In this document: positions 57,032 through 64,000 of the stretch, piece after piece
Numbering within the stretch: the first letter of the stretch is position 1
How the letters are laid out: every line of letters begins with the position of its first letter
Source of the DNA: an uncultured Alphaproteobacteria bacterium
GTDB lineage: Bacteria; Pseudomonadota; Alphaproteobacteria; RF32; CAG-239
Length of the DNA stretch: 64,000 nucleotides
Direction: 5' to 3'
NCBI GenBank assembly: GCA_944393695.1
Contig: CALYAY010000005.1
Location: forward strand, 33,717-97,716
Notes under the pieces: model-generated
The model's input: the letters and a program-made list of their open reading frames with translations, nothing else
Told to the model about the DNA's origin: nothing
The model's database searches: none
Program-made: the position numbers and the translations under genes

Positions 57032-57967
57032 ATGGTTGAAATTTCGGTAATCGTTCCGGCATATAATGCGGAAAAATATTTAAGCGTTATGATAAAAAGC
57101 ATTTTGGAACAAACCTTTAGAGATTTTGAACTGATTTTGGTTAATGACGGCAGTATCGACAGGACACCGGAAATTATGGCCGAATTTGCCGCCAAAGATT
57201 CCCGGATAAAAATTATTAATCAAAAAAACAAAAAACTTCCCGGAGCGAGGAATGCCGGAATGAAAATTGCTGCGGGAAAATATCTTTATTTTGCCGATGC
57301 CGATGACATTCTTCATCCGCAGCTGCTGGAGCAATTGTATCAGGCTGCCGAAAAAGAAAATGCCGATTTTGCCTGCTGTGATTTTATAACCATACGAGAG
57401 GGCGAAGTTCCGGATATGCCGGTTTATAAAGAGGCGCCGGCGCTTTGTGCTTTTGACAATCCGTTGGAATATATGTGTTTTCACCGGAAAATGGTAAGCA
57501 ATAATGTTTGGACAAAGCTTTATAAAGCAAAAGCGTTAAAAGGTTTGATTTTTGCCGATAATCAGGGAGTTGAGGATTTATATTTTAACCTTTGGGCTAT
57601 GCGTCATTTTTCTAAAGGAGTTTATGTTCCGCTAGCTTTATATTACTATGTTTTGTCTTCGGGGTCAATTTCCCGCAGCGATTTAAAATATGAACATCTC
57701 CAGACTTATATGAATTTTTTTCTGCAAATACAAAAAGAATTTTCCGATATGCCCCAGATGAAGAACATAATAAAAGAAAATATTCTTAACCGTACTTTTT
57801 ACAGGCTGGTTCAAACCGTTTCAAGGCTCAAAAATAAAGAAAACAAACAAAAAATGAAAGCGGAATGGCTGCCGCAGGTGAAAAAGTTTATGCAGGCCGG
57901 GATTATCGGAACAGAGGGATTGTCTTTACGCAAGAAATTGAAATTGTTTTTATTTTTGCATTTTTAA
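57032..57967 (+). CDS. Glycosyltransferase family 2
   Basis: ISVIVPAYNAEKYL, DGSID and DADD motifs. Confidence 0.8.
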   Translation: MVEISVIVPAYNAEKYLSVMIKSILEQTFRDFELILVNDGSIDRTPEIMAEFAAKDSRIKIINQKNKKLPGARNAGMKIAAGKYLYFADADDILHPQLLEQLYQAAEKENADFACCDFITIREGEVPDMPVYKEAPALCAFDNPLEYMCFHRKMVSNNVWTKLYKAKALKGLIFADNQGVEDLYFNLWAMRHFSKGVYVPLALYYYVLSSGSISRSDLKYEHLQTYMNFFLQIQKEFSDMPQMKNIIKENILNRTFYRLVQTVSRLKNKENKQKMKAEWLPQVKKFMQAGIIGTEGLSLRKKLKLFLFLHF

Positions 57968-58058
57968 CTGTCCGAAGATGTGTTGAAAACACAAGAAGTA
58001 TTTGACGCTATATTAAAAATGGCTTATTCTTTTTGCCAAGAAAAGAGAGGAAAAGGCT

Positions 58059-58940
58059 ATGAAAAAAGTTTGGGCTTTCGGCAAATATGTACGCTTGTTG
58101 TTGAATAATCTCATCATCCGGCTTCTGCCTGCCCGGAAAATGCTTCCGAAGAAATATTATCTTTCGTTATGCTCGATATTTAAAAACGAGGGAAAATATT
58201 TGAAGGAATGGCTTGATTTTCATTTGATTGTCGGGTTTGAGCATTTTTATCTTTATAACAATTTTTCATCGGACAATTACAAAAAAGTTTTGAAGCCTTA
58301 TATTGAAAAAGGGTTGGTGACCCTGACCGAATGGCCGCATCAGCACGGGCAGATGGGAGCTTACAACGACTGCGTCCGCCGTTTTAAGGATGAGAGCAAC
58401 TGGATTGCGTTTATGGATCTGGACGAATTTGCCGTGCCGCTTAAATATGACAATGTGCCGGCCTGGCTGAAAAATTATGAAAAATTTCCCTGCGTTCTGG
58501 GGTTTTATAAAAATTTTTCGTCTTCCGGGCGGATGAAAGAAGATGAAGATAAACCAATAATCGAGCAGTTTGTGGTTTGTTCGGATTTTATCTCGCCATC
58601 CATGTTTTTAAACACTTCCTGGGCGGGGCGGATTAAAAAATTTACCATAACACATTTTTGCCGTTTTAAGTTTTTTAACAAGGTTTGTCCGGAAAATCCG
58701 GGGTTCTTCTGTCATTGGCACAAGCAGCCGCGAAAAATTGATTTTCAGTTTAACCATTATCACAGCAAAAGTTTTGACTATTATGCCCGCAAAAAAATTC
58801 CGGGCGGGGATGCTTTCAGCGCAGAGCTTCGCTATTCCCTGGACGGGTTTTATCAAAATGAGCAAAAATGCGGGCAGACGGATTATAATGCTTATCGCTA
58901 TCTGATTAAGCTGAAAAATTTTAAGCTGGACGATTATTGA
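58059..58940 (+). CDS. Glycosyltransferase family 92 (DUF23)-like
   Basis: EWLDFHLIVGFEHFYLYNNFSSD...WIAFMDLDEF pattern characteristic of GT92. Confidence 0.6.
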   Translation: MKKVWAFGKYVRLLLNNLIIRLLPARKMLPKKYYLSLCSIFKNEGKYLKEWLDFHLIVGFEHFYLYNNFSSDNYKKVLKPYIEKGLVTLTEWPHQHGQMGAYNDCVRRFKDESNWIAFMDLDEFAVPLKYDNVPAWLKNYEKFPCVLGFYKNFSSSGRMKEDEDKPIIEQFVVCSDFISPSMFLNTSWAGRIKKFTITHFCRFKFFNKVCPENPGFFCHWHKQPRKIDFQFNHYHSKSFDYYARKKIPGGDAFSAELRYSLDGFYQNEQKCGQTDYNAYRYLIKLKNFKLDDY

Positions 58941-59053
58941 GTTTTGCCGCCGGGAGCGGCTTTTTTTATTGACCGAAAGCGGGAAATAACTTATAAAAGG
59001 CATAGTTTTTTTAGATTTATGTTAATATTGTGTCACATAAAAAATTATTACGT

Positions 59054-59557
59054 ATGAAAAATTTTTCATTGCTCCGGTTTGATAAAAGCTGCGGGATTTT
59101 CGGCTGTTTTTATCGGGATTGTTATGACTATCCCATTGCGTATGAAGACGGGCTGGTCAGTCGCTTCAAATCAGTGGCGGCCGGACGAAAAGTCTGGGGT
59201 TTTGTTTTGAAAGGCTATGTTATTTCCGTCTATCCGATCCTTGACAAGACGCCGGCCGAGGCTGCAGACTACTGTCAGGATAAAACTTTTGCGGGGAGGT
59301 CTTATTGCCTGGTTCCGCTGTCAGTGATGAACAAAGTCGTGCGGGATATTGCCGGGTTTAACATACTGATTGAACATTTGGGCGGAAAACCGCTGGAAAG
59401 CAGATGGTATATGGCCCAAAATGATAAATGGCTTACGCCTGAGTGGCGGCTGGATGAGCGGGTTTACGGCGTCAACCCTGCTTTTTTTGATGAAGGAACG
59501 GCGTCTTTTATCGACAAAGATATGACAGCGGCGTTTTATCCGGCAGTTAAAATTTGA
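59054..59557 (+). CDS. Hypothetical protein
   Basis: ORF in the glycosyltransferase cluster. No domain recognised. Confidence 0.4.
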   Translation: MKNFSLLRFDKSCGIFGCFYRDCYDYPIAYEDGLVSRFKSVAAGRKVWGFVLKGYVISVYPILDKTPAEAADYCQDKTFAGRSYCLVPLSVMNKVVRDIAGFNILIEHLGGKPLESRWYMAQNDKWLTPEWRLDERVYGVNPAFFDEGTASFIDKDMTAAFYPAVKI

Positions 59558-59683
59558 ACCGAAAGCGGCAGGAATTTTTATTCTGCCGCTTTTTTGCGGA
59601 ATCAGGTTAAATCATTCTTGCTTTTGCCCCGAGAATCAATAAACTGTAGGCAGTTTTCAATTTTTATATGAAGGAGTATTTTG

Positions 59684-60211
59684 TTGGTATATGGTCAGGA
59701 TATTATCTGCATCCGTCAGGAGACCCCGGCTGATTATGATATTGTTTACCAAGTTGTAACAAAGGCTTTTGAAAATGCCGAACATTCCGACGGACAGGAA
59801 CAAAACCTGGTTGTCAGACTGAGGAAAAGCAGGAATTTTATTCCGCAATTATCTTTGGTGGCCGAAGTTGAAAATAAAATCGCCGGCTATATTCTGTTTA
59901 CAAAATTAAAAGCAGGCTCCACAATCCAGCTGGCTCTGGCGCCCCTGGCCGTTTTGCCCGAGTGGCAGAAGCAAGGTATCGGCGGCCGACTGATTGCAGA
60001 AGGGCATCGTATTGCCAGAGAACTTGGCTATGAATTTTCCATATTAATAGGATATCCCTCTTATTATTCCCGCTTTGGCTATGTTGCTGCCGCCGAGTTC
60101 GGATTTTCAACAGACTGGGATTTGCCGTCAGGGGTTTTTATGGCCTGTGATCTGCAAAACAGCGGCCGAAAGATTAATGCCAAAGTTGAATATTCCGAAG
60201 AATTTTTTTGA
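59684..60211 (+). CDS. GNAT-family N-acetyltransferase
   Basis: QKQGIGGRLI acetyl-CoA-binding motif. aaggag RBS. Confidence 0.75.
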   Translation: MVYGQDIICIRQETPADYDIVYQVVTKAFENAEHSDGQEQNLVVRLRKSRNFIPQLSLVAEVENKIAGYILFTKLKAGSTIQLALAPLAVLPEWQKQGIGGRLIAEGHRIARELGYEFSILIGYPSYYSRFGYVAAAEFGFSTDWDLPSGVFMACDLQNSGRKINAKVEYSEEFF

Positions 60212-60233
60212 ACAATGATTTTCGGAGAGATAT

Positions 60234-60749
60234 ATGACCGAAAAAGAAACCGGAAACCAGAAACGGCAAATGTTAAAGGCCATTATCATTTTACCCGGCA
60301 ATGTTCTGATTACTATCCCGGGGCTCATCGTTTATTTTAGCAAATTTGCTTTGATAACGCCCGGACAGACGGCTGCTTTTATCCTGATGCTATTGTGTTT
60401 TGCAGGCGGGCTGTTTTTAACCGTGTGGAGCCTAAAGCTGTTTGCCGATGCTGGAAACGGCTCTCCGGCGCCTTGGAATCCGGTCGGGAAATTAATCATC
60501 ACCGGGCCGTATGCTTATATGCGCAACCCCATGCTCACCGGGGTATTTTTGATTTTGCTCGGAGAGGCGCTTTTGTTTCAAAGTCGGGCATTGGGATGGT
60601 ATTGGCTTATTTTTGTTATGATTAACGCTTTTTATTTTCCGCTGTCGGAAGAAAAAGGATTGTTAAAGCGCTTCGGGAAAGAATATGAAACTTATAAAAA
60701 CAACGTTCCCCGCTTTATTCCCCGGTTGTCTCCTTATAAGAAAAAATAA
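60234..60749 (+). CDS. Isoprenylcysteine carboxyl methyltransferase (ICMT/PEMT)-family membrane methyltransferase
   Basis: Multi-TM protein. GPYAYMRNPMLTG motif typical of the ICMT/NnrU family. Confidence 0.65.
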   Translation: MTEKETGNQKRQMLKAIIILPGNVLITIPGLIVYFSKFALITPGQTAAFILMLLCFAGGLFLTVWSLKLFADAGNGSPAPWNPVGKLIITGPYAYMRNPMLTGVFLILLGEALLFQSRALGWYWLIFVMINAFYFPLSEEKGLLKRFGKEYETYKNNVPRFIPRLSPYKKK

Positions 60750-60839
60750 AGTTAGTTTTCATACTAACCTTATTTTAATCCGGTTTATATTATAAATTTT
60801 AACAATATCCGATTTAACTTAAATCTACCGGTAAAACAA

Positions 60840-61283
60840 ATGAAACTGATTGAAATAAAAACTCGAGATTCTGCATTAATTGAAAAGCTGTTACAGGTGT
60901 GGGAGAGTTCTGTCAGAGCAACACATCTTTTTTTATCAGACGAAGAGATAAACAATATTAAACAGTATGTCCCGCAGGCTTTGAAGGATATTCCGGTTTT
61001 GGTGGTTGCGGAAAATGAAGACGGAAATCCGGCAGGCTTTATGGGTATCGCGGAACAAATGCTTGAAATGCTGTTTATTTCTGCGGATTACCGGGGACAA
61101 GGGACCGGAAAACAACTGCTGCAATACGGTATTGAAAATTATTCCGTAAACAAATTGGCCGTAAATGAACAGAATCCCCTTGCCAAAGGATTTTACGAAC
61201 ATATGGGGTTTACCGTTTATAAAAGAACGGAGTCAGACGAACAGGGAAACCCGTATCCGTTGTTGTATATGAAAAGGAATTGA
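60840..61283 (+). CDS. GNAT-family N-acetyltransferase
   Basis: RGQGTGKQLL motif. Confidence 0.75.
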   Translation: MKLIEIKTRDSALIEKLLQVWESSVRATHLFLSDEEINNIKQYVPQALKDIPVLVVAENEDGNPAGFMGIAEQMLEMLFISADYRGQGTGKQLLQYGIENYSVNKLAVNEQNPLAKGFYEHMGFTVYKRTESDEQGNPYPLLYMKRN

Positions 61284-61411
61284 GCGGGGAAATGAGATGT
61301 TTGAGGGCATACAGAAAACCTGAATTATTGGTAATCTGATTTTATTATGTAAATTTTAGCAATTTTATACTAAACTATTAGTTAATAAGATTCTATGGAG
61401 CTTTCGTATAT

Positions 61412-62257
61412 ATGCAAAACGATATTAAACTTTTTGAACAGAAGAAAATTCGGTCTGTTTATGATGAAGAAAAAGATATTTGGTATTTTTCTGTTGTTGA
61501 TGTTATCTCCATTTTAATTGAAAAAGATTATCAAAGTGCCCGTAAATATTGGAATAAATTATCTGAACGCTTGAGAAATGAAGGTGCCGCTGAGTCGGTG
61601 ACAAATTGTCACCAACTGAAATTGAAAGCAGCGGATGGTAAAAAATATTTAACCGCTGTTGCTGATGCTGAAACCATGTTACGTATTGTGCAATCTGTTC
61701 CTAGTCCCAAAGCTGAACCCATTAAACAATGGCTGGCTAGGGTTGGTTATGAACGGATGAAAGAAACGGCAGATCCGTCATTAAGTATCGACCGGGCTCG
61801 TGAAAACTGGCAAAAACTCGGTCATTCCGAAAAATGGATTCAGCAACGCATGATGGGGCAAGAAACCCGCAATAAATTAACTGATTATTGGAAAGAGCAT
61901 GAAATTACCAAAGATGAAGAATATGCAATTCTGACAAATATTATTCATCAAGAATGGTCTGGATTATCCGTTAAAGAACATAAACAGTTAAAAGGTTTAA
62001 AATCTCAAAATTTACGTGACCACATGAGCGAAGCAGAGTTAATCTTTACTGCTTTTAGCAGAGTTATCAACTCGTCAGGTAGCTGAAAATACCAATGCAA
62101 CCGGAATGAAAGAAAATAAACAAGCGGCCAAAATCGGCGGTAATATCTCCAAACGCGCCCGAGAAGATTTTGAAGAACGTACAGGCCAAAAAGTTGTAAC
62201 CGATGAAAACTATTTACCTGAAAATAAAAAGCAAAAAAGACTGCACACAAAAATCTA
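61412..62257 (+). pseudogene. DinD-like Bro-N domain protein (phage antirepressor family), disrupted by a frameshift near 62066..62086
   Basis: Bro-N N-terminus (IRSVYDEEKDIWYFSVVDVISIL). C-terminal 50 aa continue in another frame (ELSTRQVAENTNATGMKENKQAAKIGGNISKRARED...). Frames overlap 62043..62086. Confidence 0.55.
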
Positions 62258-62693
62258 AGAATGTATATTCCCATTGGCTGAGCCAACGGGCCCCTTTCGC
62301 GCCGTAAGCCTCAAGCTTCGTATTTCGCTAAGCTAAAAGCTAAAGCTCAACACTCGCTTTCGACAACTATCCGCTCCGGACGTTACTTCGTAAGTCCGCT
62401 TCTAACGGCCTCAGGCATTTATCAAAAAAGCCCCCTTGCGGAGGCTTTTCTGATAAATGGTGCGCGATACTGTGCAATTATCGGACTAATGAGTATGATG
62501 ATTTTAAGGAATTAATAAGAAAAATTGAGCTGTTTGAAGATAGTGTCTTAAAATAAAATTATGCAAAAATTTCTGTATGAAGTTGCATTTTAGAAGAATC
62601 TTAGTAGAATTGACTAACAATATAAATCGGCAAATGAAGAATTTTTGATTACGACAGGTTTACCATTGGATACGGCTATGAAGGAGGTATAAA

Positions 62694-63671
62694 ATGTATC
62701 AACCACCATTTGAAATTACCCCAAAAATAATTGAGCTGATTTCCAATATTTCAGAAAAGGTTGGTGAGATAAATTCACTTCAAAATAGTCCTTACCAAAT
62801 TAAATTAAGAAAAGAAAACAGAATAAAAACTATTCATTCTTCTCTGGCTATTGAAAATAACAGCTTAAGTTTAGAACAAATAACCGCAATAATTGATGGA
62901 AAGCGAGTTTTAGGAAATCCTAATGAAATAACAGAAGTAAAAAACTCTATTCAAGCATACGACTTACTTTTATCGCTTAAACCATATCAAGAAAAAGATT
63001 TGCTTAAAGCACATAAACTAATGATGCAGGGCTTGGTAGATAAAAGCGGAGAGTACAGAACAGATGATGTTGGCGTATTTAACGGAAAAGAAGTTGTCCA
63101 TCTTGCTCCTCCGGCTAGTCGTGTTCCTTTGCTTATGCTAGATTTGTTTAAATGGTTAAAAAATAGTGACATTCATCCACTCATAAAAAGTTGCGTGTTC
63201 CATTATGAATTTGAGTTTATTCATCCTTTTCAAGACGGTAATGGTCGAATGGGGCGTTTATGGCAAACTGTCATCTTAAAAGAATGGAAGGAAGTTTTCG
63301 CTTGGCTTCCTGTTGAAACTTTGGTAAAAGAAAATCAGAAAGAATATTATAATGCTTTGGGTAAGAGTGATGCTGCCGGTGATAGTACTCGCTTTATTGA
63401 ATTTATGCTTACATTAATTTTTACTACGATAGAAGAAATTATTAGATCAGAAAAAAAGGTTACTGTAAAGGTTAGTGCAAAGGTTACTGTAAATCAGCAA
63501 AAAATTATGGATGCGATAAAAGTTAATCCTTTTATAACACAAGAGGAATTGGTTGATATTGTTGGAATTGCTAAAAAAAATATCATTGCAAATATGAAAA
63601 AGTTACAGACAAACGGCTTAATAAAGCGTATTGGGGCTGATAAAAATGGTCATTGGCAGATTGAAGAATAA
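62694..63671 (+). CDS. Fic-family protein (class II with intramolecular inhibitory helix; C-terminal winged-helix domain)
   Basis: Fic motif HPFQDGNGRMGRLW. Inhibitory SxxxEN motif (SLAIEN) at residues ~50. Confidence 0.85.
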   Translation: MYQPPFEITPKIIELISNISEKVGEINSLQNSPYQIKLRKENRIKTIHSSLAIENNSLSLEQITAIIDGKRVLGNPNEITEVKNSIQAYDLLLSLKPYQEKDLLKAHKLMMQGLVDKSGEYRTDDVGVFNGKEVVHLAPPASRVPLLMLDLFKWLKNSDIHPLIKSCVFHYEFEFIHPFQDGNGRMGRLWQTVILKEWKEVFAWLPVETLVKENQKEYYNALGKSDAAGDSTRFIEFMLTLIFTTIEEIIRSEKKVTVKVSAKVTVNQQKIMDAIKVNPFITQEELVDIVGIAKKNIIANMKKLQTNGLIKRIGADKNGHWQIEE

Positions 63672-63692
63672 AAATAGCAAATAATTTTTTGT

Positions 63693-64000
63693 TTATGGTA
63701 ACATTCTTTCAATAAACCGTCTTAAAGTGCTGCGTTGGACGCCGAGGATTTTAGCGATTTGGGATTTGGAGATGCCTTTGGCGAGTAGATTCCGCACTTT
63801 TTTAGCATTTTTTGAGAGTTTGAGCTTTTTTGACTCTGCGGAGAATGGACGGCCAAGCTTTTTGCCGGATGCTTTAAGATTAGCCAAAGATGATTTTGTG
63901 CGTTGAGAAATTAAGTTTCTTTCAATTTCAGCTGCCAGACTGAAAGCAAATGCCAGAACTTTACTTTGTATGTCATTGCCGAGGCGGTAGTTTTCTTTCA
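63693..64000 (-). CDS. Serine recombinase/resolvase (C-terminal part; N-terminus beyond window end)
   Basis: Frame open to the window end. ...FAFSLAAEIERNLISQRTKSSLANLKASGKKLGRP plus C-terminal HTH (ISKSQIAKILGVQRSTLRRF). Confidence 0.7.
   Translation of the reverse strand, partial: KENYRLGNDIQSKVLAFAFSLAAEIERNLISQRTKSSLANLKASGKKLGRPFSAESKKLKLSKNAKKVRNLLAKGISKSQIAKILGVQRSTLRRFIERMLP

Noticed and set aside
1-64000. tRNA, rRNA or tmRNA genes
   Set aside because: No cloverleaf-compatible sequence (GTTCGAATC-type T-arm with matching acceptor stem) was found by eye. Cannot fully exclude without tRNAscan.

Overview
This 64-kb window looks alphaproteobacterial. Evidence: a GapR/DUF2312 homolog, a DUF1013 protein, rluD-rpoH and ruvAB-ybgC synteny, pntAA-AB-B, and zapA followed by a 6S-RNA-like element. 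The chromosome is riddled with short palindromic (REP/RPE-like) mosaic repeats, which suggests a host-associated or symbiont lineage.

Housekeeping genes in the window:
- ABC-F ATPase (3' part), pyk, a split chrA pair, pntAA/AB/B
- ybaK-like deacylase, rpsI-rplM, ruvB-ruvA-ybgC, rpoH, rluD
- murA, a DUF59 Fe-S protein, sufE, sucCD, comF-like, fliC (solo flagellin)
- rpmE, an OmpA-like protein, suhB-efp, zapA, a YmdB-like phosphoesterase

Accessory content:
- A family of cysteine-rich secreted proteins with DUF1566-like C-terminal domains (803..2788, 19299..20123, 20414..21508) carries in-frame palindromic repeat modules.
- A pertactin-like autotransporter.
- A tightly packed operon (27163..33726) ends in an orphan VirD4/TraG/DotL-family type IV coupling ATPase. 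It is preceded by two paralogous 2-TM membrane proteins and two highly charged, repeat-containing proteins. No other T4SS genes are in the window. This is the most interesting candidate novel system.
- A periplasmic redox cluster under a LysR regulator.
- A glycosyltransferase (GT2, GT92), GNAT and methyltransferase cluster.
- A low-GC islet at the 3' end with a frameshifted DinD/Bro-N gene, a class II Fic protein and a partial serine recombinase.

No tRNA, rRNA or CRISPR array was detected by eye.
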